Below are positions 38,408-48,780 of a DNA stretch of 64,000 nucleotides, piece by piece (within the stretch, counting starts at the first letter, position 1; every line of letters starts with the position of its first letter). The DNA comes from Mobula hypostoma (lineage: Eukaryota). Below the pieces are notes generated by a model. It made no database searches and had not been told where the DNA came from. It worked only from the letters and a program-made list of their open reading frames with translations. The position numbers and the translations under genes are program-made. The stretch is from contig NC_086097.1 in NCBI RefSeq assembly GCF_963921235.1, positions 184,700,001 to 184,764,000 on the forward strand, in the 5' to 3' direction.

Positions 38408-39267
38408 CAATGAATTTTGGATAATTGAGTCATTAGTTATCAAAGCAGCTGCTTATTTGAGACAACTCTTAAAGAACAAAAACTAATCAAGAAAATTGCC
38501 AGGGTTCCCTTCATTTAGTTGGGATACTCTGCTGCTTTAAATGAGATTTAACCAGCAACCAATCGAACATTGGAAGTTTTGAGAGAAGGGGATTTCACCC
38601 AGGTCCACTGCCTGAGTAGAAAATACGGCAGTGGGCCACCACAGTGAAAAAGAGCTTTGACTGGCAAGCAAGAGATTCTGAAGATGCTGGAGATCCAGAG
38701 CAACGGATCAAAATGCTGGAAGAACTCATCAGGTCAGGCAACATCTAAAGAAAGGAATAACCAATCGACATTTCAGGCCAAGTCCCTTCTTCAGGACAGT
38801 CCTGAATGCTTTTGCTCACTCAGATTTAAGCATCCAAACTTAAAGTTGTCAGAAACAGTTGGGATTGAATATGTAACAATTTCACCACTTCAATAAGTTA
38901 GGAACCAAGATGAAATTGAAAGTATTGACATCATCTTGAACGTTACAATTAAAATGAAGATATGGAGGATGCAATCACTGATAGCATTGTATAGAGACAG
39001 TCCATTATCTGCATTAGGTGTCTATGCCGATTTTGTTCTTTGCATACACTGGATGAATTTGTTCATCGATAACTATTAGGAGCTAATACACAGATCTTTA
39101 GTACTGTAGTACAATCAGAAGTGTTCTAATTTGTTCTGTATTTTATTTAAATATAATTTGTTACTCTGTTTATCTTTTTATACCTTCTTATCTATTTCTA
39201 TGAATCTTCAGCTAATTGGGTAAAATTGTATTGGTCCCAATGTGTCCCAATTAACTGGAATCCTCTA
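38408..39267. mobile_element. Degenerate TIR element (pogo/Tigger-like), containing a PLE fragment at ~38665-38806
   Basis: Left caatgaattttggataattgag and right cccaattaactggaatcctcta are an imperfect inverted pair. The family assignment rests on terminal resemblance only. Confidence 0.45.
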
Positions 39268-40120
39268 TATCCATTCAGAAATGCAATCCTAAATCATATT
39301 ATGAAATGAAAATAGCATTGAAAAAATCCCCAATAAAGCAAGAACATTCCCCACAAATATCATAGCAAAACTAAATCTAAAACATGCTGGCCTGGAAGTT
39401 GAAATGCCTTGCATCTACCGACCATGGAAAATTCAATTTTACCCATGGTTGATCACAGCAGCAATAACTTCCTGATGAAATTGCCCCAATTGCAGAACTG
39501 AACTCAGTTCCACTAATGATTCAAGTTAATGCACCCGAGTTTTTCATGCCATCAGATACTCTCTTAATGATATCACTAAGAACGCACGTCTATCCATACG
39601 AACATAAACTGGGGATCCAAACTCCACACCACAGCTATTGTTAACAAACTAAATTGTTAACAAATCAAATTTCAGTCATTTTGGGATTGTTACTTTGCTC
39701 CTTATTTCCTGGGACTGCTGATTCTGGAAGACTTGGCTGACCAATAAAAGAGCTGATTGAAAGCTTCTTAAAATCCTTTCTATCCCCATGGAATGTGCTA
39801 CAGCTGAAGGGATATGTTTATTGCAGAATTTGATTATTGAGATTGTCATTTGGAGGGCACCTCAATAATGATTCCACCATAGGAAATATGGTTACACCAG
39901 TCAGGGTAGTTTGCAGATATAGGGGTAGGAGACGTAGATTAAAGATGACCCTTCTCTCAAAGTTTTCAGAGACAATGCAAGCTACCTAGATACCTTTTTG
40001 GTTAAAAATCTGTTTGAACACTCAAGTTTTTCAGGTTTTTCATCAATGAGGCAGGAAGAACTTGTACCCATGTCTGCACTAATGAGTCCTCGGAGGGTAA
40101 GTTCACATTGATTCTCAACC

Positions 40121-40900
40121 ACTCAATTTGCTGCTCACTGTTGCATCAGAGCAGTCGTCCTGGCACTGTATCCATAAAAAACTTACATTATCTATTCAGA
40201 TTTCAGTGAGGAACAGTTGGCACCTGGGGCAATGGGATTTGACAGTATCATTGGCTTCACCTGTATGCAGGAAGACAATTTCTGCACTCATTTTTACAAA
40301 GCCTCCATTAAGAGAATCAATTTATATGGGGTTATTGCATGATAAAGGTGTGAGTTTAAAGATCAACCATAATCTTATTGAATAGTAGAGAATGTGAAAG
40401 GGGTTGAATTTTTGAATTCTGCTTCCTATGTTATCTCATTCTTATTAAAAATCATGAACTTTCGTTAAGCAAAAAAAGTTTCTATTTTCAAAGTGCAGCT
40501 TGTTTTGGATTAAAAGAATTTCCCTACAGTAAATGCAATGCTCTGGAAAGCATGCCATCCTAGGAGTGTCTGCATTGCCATAATTTTCAATGTTCAGTAC
40601 TGTCCAGAGGTATGAATACTGGATGCTCCACTTTACTTCCCTGGTTGCTCACACCAGTGGGCTCTTCAACCACAGCAGCTGAGTTCAGATATGACAAGAA
40701 ACATGCAAGTCTTAGGATAGTTGGGAAAGTGATTTCTTTTGACTGCATCCAACTGAGCAAGAGAGATGACTTCATTGCCGTGTACTATATGCGCCTAAAT
40801 TTTACGAAGCTAAGATAGCTGCCAGATGTAAAGCAGGAAGGAGAGCCTCAAATCATGAAATGGAGCCTGAAGGAGCAAGAGGATGAGAGGAGGAAGACAA
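40121..40900 (+). pseudogene. Ancient PIF/Harbinger (HARBI1-like) DDE transposase fossil
   Basis: 40121-40291 reads TQFAAHCCIRAVVLAL...GFDSIIGFTCMQEDNFCTH (compare GFP.V.GAIDCTH). ORF 40612-40818 has LLPWLLTPV..TTAAEFRYDKKHASLRIV and FIAVYYMRLNF (compare CC.LHN). An acidic stretch follows. Confidence 0.72.
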
Positions 40901-41581
40901 TTATAATGGAGATATACTGTTTCTGTTCAGCTTCAGTACCCCAAAGAGCTGAAGAAGGAAGCATTGAGGAAAGAAGTTCCCCTAATGAACTTGCAAGATC
41001 ATTATCCTCACGTCAAACCAAATGATTCTCTCCACAATACAATCATTATCACCCATGTTGAGCACTAATAATCAGGCAAGGGAGTCTAAAGTCCCTTAAA
41101 TCCTGCTTTGCAGGTTCATTTGCACTGAATGTAACATTTTAATAAATGAATCCTTGCTGCTAATATTTTAATGATCTGCCTTAACATCTCTGCATTTCCT
41201 GATGAGTGACACCTCACTTACAGAACTCAGACCAGGGTGCAAGAAGCACTTAAGTTGTGATTGGCCAATATGCAGGAATGCCAAAAATTTGCAGAACAAC
41301 CTGTCATACTTTGTGGGACATAAAATTTACTTCATGGTTAGTTGCACTCAAGGAGATGAGATTCGCTACCTCTTACTGGTGTCCTGGCCACCCTGCTATG
41401 TTCTACCTTCTTCTTGAGATTTATCTCATCGGCCATAAAACTATGGAAATGTGAAAATGTACGAAAATAAAGGAAGTCATTCAATGCATCATGTTAGATA
41501 GTCAAAACAGAAATTCAACTTATTCTGACCTTCCACCAGTTGATCTGTCACCCTGAAGGTCATAGTTTTTCAAGGGCACGT

Positions 41582-42170
41582 CAGAATCAGGTTTATTATC
41601 AATGGCATTTGTCGTGAAATTTGTTAACTTAGCAGCAGCTGTTCAATGCAATACATAATACAGAAAAAGAAAAAATAAAAATAAATAAATAAATAAATCA
41701 ATTACAGGTTATGTATATTGAATATATATTAAAAATTGTGCAAAACAAAAATAATATATATTAAAAAAGGTAGTGTTCGTGGGTTCAATGTCCATTTAGA
41801 AATCAGATGGAGATAGGGGAAGAAGCTGTTCCCGAATCGCTGAGTGTGTGCCTTCAGGCTTCTGTACCTCCTACCTGATGGTAAGTGAGAAAAGGGCATG
41901 GCCTGGGTGCTGGGGGTCCTTAATAATGGACGCTACCTTTCTGAGACACCACTCCTTGAAGATGTCCTGGGTATTTTGTAGGCTAGCACCCAAGATGGAG
42001 CCAACTAAATTTATGACCCTCCGCAGCTTATTTTGGTCCTGTGCAGTAGCCATCCCACCATACCAGACAGTGAGGCACCCTGCCAGAATGCCTTCCATGG
42101 TACATCTATAGAAGTTTTTGAGTGTTTTTGTTGACACGCTGAATTTCTTCAAACTCCTAACGAAGTATTA
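41582..42170 (-). mobile_element. Rex1/Babar-like LINE 3' end
   Basis: ORF 41871-42152 NFYRCTMEGILAGCLTVWYG...IIKDPQHPGHALFSL. Tail reverse complement cagaatcaggtttattat at 41582. Confidence 0.9.
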
Positions 42171-42174
42171 AGCT

Positions 42175-43790
42175 CTTTTTAAAGATCGTGAGGATTTCTA
42201 CTTCTTTCACCTTTCAGGAAGTGAGTTCTATACCCTCACAGGGCTCAGAATGAAAAAGTGCCTCAACTCTCTATTAATTCTCCTTTAATTTTTGGTCCAT
42301 GTGCTAAGAGAATTGTGTCCTTCCTAGTTACTTTAATCTAGATCACTCATAAGTTTATACATAATCAAGCCTCTCCTCAGCATTCTCTTTTCCAAAAGAA
42401 ACAAGCCCAGACTTTCCAATCTTCCATAATACTTAGTTTTTCACTCTGAGCAACTTTATCATCAATCTCCTTCTCCAGTGCAACCAATGCTGTATCTCCT
42501 GCAAAGTGATACTCAAAATTGCACATAGGAAACAGATTCACAAGATATTCCACACAGCCTGGAAATCTTGAACAGCATAGACAAAATGCTTGAGGAACTT
42601 AGCAAATCAGGCAGCATCTACAGAGGGAAAAATGAATAGTCAACGTTTTGAGCCAAGATCTTCCATGGGGACTGAAAAGGAAAGGGGACTGAAAAGGAAG
42701 AGGGCAGGAGGCAGAATAAAACTGTAAGGGGAGAGGAGGGAGCATAAGTTGGCAGGTAATTGCTGAGTCCAGATGAGAAAGGGAAAGAAAGGGAAGGTAG
42801 GTGGGTGGTGGGGGGGGGGGTGATGATGTAAGATGCTGGAAGAGGCAAAGGGCTGAAGAAGAAGGGCTCTGATAAGAGAAGACTGTGCTCCATGGATTAA
42901 AGGGAAAGTGTCAGTGAACTGGAAGGAAGTGATTGGCAGGGAGGGGAAAAGAAGATTTTTCTGGCTTCTACTGTCTTCCTTTCCAGTCCTGATGAAGGAT
43001 TTCACCCTGAACTGTAGATGCTGCCTGACCAGCTGAGTTCCTCAAGCATATTTTGTCTTTAGTACTCAAGCAGTTGTCAATTGTTCGATTATAGCAAAAC
43101 CCCTGTGCTCTAACGCAATGGTTCAGCGGACAAAGGGAAAAAAATGACTTCCTTTATGAACTACCTATTTCCCAGACCTGCTGTCTTTAAACATCATGGG
43201 TATAGTCTCTCCCAGGTGACTCAGTCCCTTCCCTTTATCTTCATTTGAGTTGTTAAAGCACCCAAAACCTTATTCTTCTCCGGATTAAATTCTGCTGATC
43301 ATTTTATTGTCCCACTTACTAGATCTCCTGCAGTCTTTTTAGCTTTTCTCCTCACTGTCCAGTGCATGCACAATTTTTTATATAATTTGCAAGCTTCTTT
43401 ATCATATTTCTATATTTAATGTGATATAGATAATAAGTGACCAGTACTGGGCCCTGTGAAATCTCACTGCTAACAACACTCTTGTCAGGAAAACGTTTAT
43501 CAAGCAATATACTTTCCTTCCTACCACTGATATCATTTTAGCTTCAATTTGCCACTCCGTCTTGGATCCCATGGATTTTACTTTCTTGAACAACCTAACA
43601 TGTTGAACCTTATAAAGGACTTTTAAAAATCAATCTTCAGTTTCCTTCTTTTCATCCCCTCAACAAAATTCCATCATGATATTTTGACATGACCTTCCCT
43701 TAATAAATCCATGCAGAATCTACTTGATTAATCTGAGCCTTTCTAAATGAAAACATATACTATCCATTAGAATTGATCCAAAATAATTGC
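42175..43790 (-). mobile_element. Old CR1 remnant containing an inverted-arm PLE fragment (~42531-43035)
   Basis: CR1-like RT wording in ORF 43402-43593. PLE termini lie on both strands, with ccagtcctgatgaagg at ~42983. Confidence 0.6.
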
Positions 43791-43896
43791 CCAGTATGGA
43801 ACAATCTGAAATCTACAATAGTCATGGAGGGTTTCAATCTGCTGATAGATTGGGAAAATCAGGCTGGTACTGGATCCCAAGAGAGGGAATTTGTGG

Positions 43897-45545
43897 AATA
43901 ATTTCTCCTTTGGTTCCTCCCACTTCCTCCAAACTAAAGGTGTAGCTATGGGCACCCGTATGGGTCCTAGCTATGCCTGCCTTTTTGTTGACTTTGTGGA
44001 ACAATCTATGTTCCGTGCCTAATCTGGTATCTGTCCCCCACTTTTCCTTCGCGACATCGATGACTGCATTGGCGCTGCTTCCTATACGCATGCAGAGCTC
44101 GTTGACTTTATTAACTTTGCCTCCAACTTTCACCCTGCCCTCAAGTTTACCTGGTCCATTTCCGACACCTCCCTCCCCTTTCTAGATCTTTCTGTCTCTG
44201 TCTCTGGAGACAGCTTATCCACTGATGTCTACTATAAGCCTACTGACTCTCACAGCTATCTGGACTATTCCTCTTCTCACCCTGTCTCTTGCAAAAACGC
44301 CATCCCCTTCTCGTAACTCCTCCTTCTCCGCCGCATCTGCTCTCAGGATGAGGCTTTTCATTCTAGGACGAGGGAGATGTCCTCCTTTTTTAAAGAAAGG
44401 GGCTTTCCTTCCTCCACCATCAACTCTGCTCTCAAACACATCTCCCCCATTTCACGCACATCTGCTCTCACTCCATCCTCCCGCCACCCCACTAGGAACA
44501 GGGTTCCCCTGGTCCTCAACTACCACCCCACCAGCCTCCGGGTCCAACGTATTATTCTCCGTAACTTCCGCCACCTCCAACGGGATCCCACCACTAAGCA
44601 CATCTTTCCCTACCCCCCCCGCTCTGCTTTCCGCAGGGATCGCTCCCTACGCGACTCCCTTGTCCATTCATCCCCCCCATCCCTCCCCACTGATCTCCCT
44701 CCTGGCACTTATCTGTGTAAGCGGAACAAGTGCTACACATGCCCTTACACTTCCTCCCTTACCACCATTCACGGCCCCAAACAGTCCTTCCAGGTGAGGT
44801 GACACTTCACCTGTGAGGCGGCTGGGGTGATATACTACGTCCAGTGCTCCCAATGTGGCCTTTTATATATTGGTGAGACCCGATGCAGACTGGGAGACCG
44901 CTTTGCTGAACACCTATGCTCTGTCCGCCAGAGAAAGCAGGATCTCCCAGTGGCCACACATTTTAATTCCACATCCCATTCCCATTCTGACATGTCTATC
45001 CATGGCCTCCTCTACTGTAGAGATGAAGCCACACGCAGGTTGAAGGAACAACACCTTATATTCCGTCTGGGTAGCCTCCAACCTGATGGCATGAACATCG
45101 ACTTCTCTAATTTCCGCTAATGCTCCACCTCCCCCTCGTACCCCATCTGGTACTTACTTTTATACACACATTCTTTCTCTCACTCTCCTTTTTCTCCCTC
45201 TGTCCCCTGAATATACCCCTTGCCCATCCTCTGGGTTCTCCCCCCGCCCCGTCTTTCTTCCCGGACCTCCTGTCCCATGATCCTCTCATATCCCTTTTGC
45301 CAATCACCTGTCCAGCTCTTGGCTCCATCCCTCCCCCTCCTGTCTTCTCCTATCATTTTGGATCTCCCCCTCCCCCTCCCACTTTCAAATCTCTTACTCA
45401 CTCTTCCTTCAGTTAGTTCTGATGAAGGGTCTCGGCCTGAAACGTCGACTGCACCTCTTCCTAGAGATGCTGCCTGGCCTGCTGCGTTCACCAGCAACTT
45501 TGATGTGTGTTGCTTGAATTTCCAGCATCTGCAGAATTCCTGTTG
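43897..45545 (+). mobile_element. 5'-truncated young PLE (RT C-half, Cys-rich linker, GIY-YIG endonuclease, 3' terminus); Neptune-like
   Basis: One frame 43897-45120 with three internal stops (44020, 44314, 44800) and no frameshift. It has QTKGVAMG, RDIDD (YIDD mutated), CKRNKCYTC and CSQCGLLYIGET. TSD tttgt(g/a)gaat at 43890-43899 and 45546-45555. Confidence 0.93.
45414..45451 (+). ncRNA. Minimal type I hammerhead ribozyme motif (intact core)
   Basis: tagtt CTGATGA(45419-25) agggtctcggcct GAAAC(45439-43) GTC(45444-46) gactg. Predicted cleavage is 3' of 45446. Confidence 0.82.
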
Positions 45546-45864
45546 TTTGTAGAATCTCTATGAGATTGCTTTTTAGTGCACCTTGTGGTTGAGCCTGCTA
45601 GTGGAAAGGCAATTCCGCATTGGGTGTTATGCAATGAATTACAGAGCCAAGAGGGAGGAGTTGGTCAAAGTTAATTGGAAGGGGACAATAGCAGTAATAA
45701 CAGTTGAATAGCAATGGCTGGAGTTTTTGGGAGCTATTTAGAAGGCACAGAACATATACATCACAAAAATGAAGAAGTATTGTAAGGAGAGACGATGTAA
45801 CTGTGGCTAAGAATGATATCAATGACTGCATAAAGGAAAAAGAGAAGGTATATAAAATAGCAAA

Positions 45865-46030
45865 GAGAGAGGATGCCTGGAACCGGAGCTGGAATCCCTG
45901 CGGTAACAGATGGCGGCGGAGACACGTTCCCAGGAAGGAGATGTGGCTGTGGTAGCGGGTCTGGGTCAGCATCTGGTCGAAGAGTCGGAGAAAGGCGGAG
46001 ATCACAGAAGGGGAGCAGTGAGAGAGGAAG
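45865..46030 (-). mobile_element. Isolated PLE ORF N-terminal fragment
   Basis: A GC/CpG-rich patch inside the CR1. It reads RLFDQMLTQTRYHSHISFLGTCLRRHLLPQGFQL, fitting the PLE N-terminal HxxFLxxC...PxG motif. Confidence 0.65.
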
Positions 46031-46359
46031 TCTGACAGTAGACAGGTCATCTGGACCAAATGAACTAAACATCAGGGTACTGAAAGGTGTAGTCGAGGAG
46101 ATTGTGCAGGCATTAGTAATGATTTTTCATGAATCATTAGATTCTGGAATGGTTCCAGAGGATTGAAAAATTGTAAATGTCACTCCACACTTCAAGAAGG
46201 GAGAGAGACAGATGAAGAGAAATTATATGCAAGTTATCCTTACTTTGGTGGTTGGGAAGGTGTTGGAGTCAATTTATTAAGGATGAGGTTTCAAGTGTGC
46301 TTGGAGGCACATGACAAAATAGGCCAAAGTCAGCAGGATTTCCTTACGGGATAACCTTG

Positions 46360-46781
46360 TGTCACCCGGTGCGGACGTGGCCCAAGTGCGGAGTGACAGA
46401 CACTGAAGCGGGTCAATAGTTCACAGACTTTAATGTGAACAGTGTTAAAGGGAAAAGAAAACAATAAACACTAGGCCAGACAGGGCTGTTAACTAAAACT
46501 CTCAAATGGAAAATGAATCCTACACTGTGGCTGAAAAGAACAACAAAGAATAAAACGAACACCACTAGTCTTCAGAGTCAGTTAACTCAACAGTCCAATT
46601 TCTCAGGCAAGGCAGAACGTAAGCAAGCAGTGAAGCATTGCTGTGTCCAAGTCTCGACAAATACTGTGACGGAATGAATGGAGTTAAATAGTATCACGAT
46701 GAAATAGTAAATAGGTGACACGTGCATATTCACGAGTGCAATTGCCGAATCTGCTGCGCTGCCAAACCTGTGGTTGCGACA
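46360..46781 (-). mobile_element. Solo LTR (422 bp), probably Gypsy-type
   Basis: TGTCAC...GCGACA ends with a 5-bp TSD ccttg/ccctg (46355-59 and 46782-86). Minus-strand TATTTAA (46684-90) lies upstream of ATTAAA (46429-34). The CR1 resumes in register. Confidence 0.8.
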
Positions 46782-48205
46782 CCCTGTCTGAATAATCTGT
46801 TGGAGATTTTTGAGAAAATAAGAGACAGGATAGACAAATAGGAGACAGTTGATATTGTGTACTAGGATTTTCAGAAGACCTTTGACAAGAGGCTGCTTAT
46901 CAAGATAAAAACCCATGTCATATCTCAATGATGTGGATGACAGAATTCAGGGCTTTACCCAAGTTTGTGGCCAATACATAAATAGTGGAGGAACAGGGAG
47001 TGTTAAGGAAGCAGGAAGTCTGCAAAAGGACTTGGATAGATTGAAGGAATGGGTATAGAAATGGCAGATCGAATATAGTGTAGGAAAAGGTATGGTCATG
47101 CATGTAGAAGGAATAAAGGCATATTTTCTAAAAGGGAAGAAAATTCAAAAATCAGAGGTGGAAAGGGACTTCGGAGTTCTTGTGCAGGATTCCCTAAATG
47201 TTAACTTGCAGGTTGAGTTGGTGGTCAGGAAGGCAAATGTAAAGGTAGCATTCATTTCAAGGGGACTAGCATATAAGAGCAAGGATGTGATGCTGATGCT
47301 TTATGAAGCATTGGTTGGACTGCACTGGGAGTATTGTTAGCAGTTTTGTGCCCATTATCTAAGAAAAGACATTAGAGAGGGTCCAGAGGAGATTCACAAG
47401 AATTATTCTGGGAATAATAGGGTTAATGTATGAGGAGCATTTGATGGCTCTGTGTTGGTTCCTGCTGGAGTATAGAAGATTGAGAGGGTATCTCATTAAA
47501 ACCCATTGAACATTAAAAGGGCTATGTAGAGTGGATGTAGAGAGGATCTTTTCTATAGTGGATGAGACGAGGATCAGAAGGCACAGCCTTGGAATAGAGG
47601 GGCATGCATTTAGAACAGAGATGAGGAGGAATTTCTTTAGCCTAGAGGTATGAAGCTGTGGAATTCATTGTCTCAGATATCTGTGGAGGCCATGTCATTG
47701 CGTACATTTAAAGCAGACTTGTTAGGTTCTTGATTAGTCTGGGCATCAAAGGTTATGGGGAGAAGGCAAGAGAATGGGGTTGGGAGGGATAATAAGTCAG
47801 CCAGGTTGGAATGGTGGAGCAGACTCGATGAGCCAAATAGCCTAATCCTCCTATGTCTTATGATCTTAAGAATGTTCCTTTGATTGAATGTGGGAGCTTC
47901 CTTCCTCTCCATTGTACTGTCTCTTCCATGGTGACTATGGTGTGTGGCTGCTATGGAGGGTTACCTTTAAATGGCTAATACCCTTTGTCTGATTGTCATG
48001 TGGCAATCCCTCAGCAGCTGTGCTGGACTGGGTCTGTCAGAAATCCTACAATTCCCATTTCCATGCTTGTATCTGTAAACTCACCTAATACTGTTTTACA
48101 CTGTTTTGTTTTACAAGTTTAGTCACAGGCAATGCAATCTATTTTCCAGGAATTGCACATGAAGCCACCCCGCCCCCCCCCCCCCCCATATGCTACTTCA
48201 AGTGA

Positions 48206-48780
48206 CAAACACAAGAGCTTCTGCAGATGCCGGAAATAATGAGCAAAACACGTAAAATTCTCAAGGAACTCAGCAAGTCAGGCAGCATCTAATGAGGGGA
48301 ATAAACAGTCGCTATTTCAAATCCAGACCCTTCATTAGGACTGGTAAGGAAGGGGGCAGAAACCAGATTAGGAATGAATACAAACCGTTAGGTAAAAGGT
48401 GAGATTAGGTGAGAGGGAAAATGGGTGGATGGGGGATGGGGGAGGGGATGATGAAGTAAGAAACTGTGAAATGATAGGTGGAAAAGTTAAGAGGCTGAAG
48501 AAGAAGGGATCTAATAGGAGAGGGCAGTGCACCATGGAAGAAAGGGAAGGAGGGGCACCAGAGTGAGGTGCTGGGCAGGTGAAAGGAAAGGAAGTAGTGA
48601 GAAAGGAACCAATGTAGGATGGAAAAAGAGAGCAGGGCAGGGGAAGAAATTAGAGAAACTATTGTTCATGCCATCAGCTTGGTGGCTACCCAGACCGAAT
48701 GAGGTGGTGCTTCTCCAGGCTGAGTGTGGCCTCATCATGGCACTGTATTGACATGTCGGAATGTGAGAATAATTGAAGTG
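48206..48780 (-). mobile_element. PLE 3' fragment (GIY-YIG C-terminus to end)
   Basis: Reverse complement of the 44950-45545-like terminus, with a decayed hammerhead at ~48305-48343. Confidence 0.85.

Larger units (their letters stand above)
43790..47865 (+). mobile_element. Degenerate CR1 ORF2 (endonuclease to 3' end) hosting three younger insertions
   Basis: 43815-43899 plus 45556 onward matches the APE region at 9730-9850. ORF 47092-47340 has ERDFGVLVQDSL...VVRKAN. Tail cctatgtcttatga at ~47860. Confidence 0.85.

Noticed and set aside
44225..44797. Overlapping alternative-frame and antisense ORFs over PLEs (also 35044-35532, 17710-18249) as overprinted genes
   Set aside because: They are shadow frames of C-rich coding DNA, with inconsistent starts and stops between copies.
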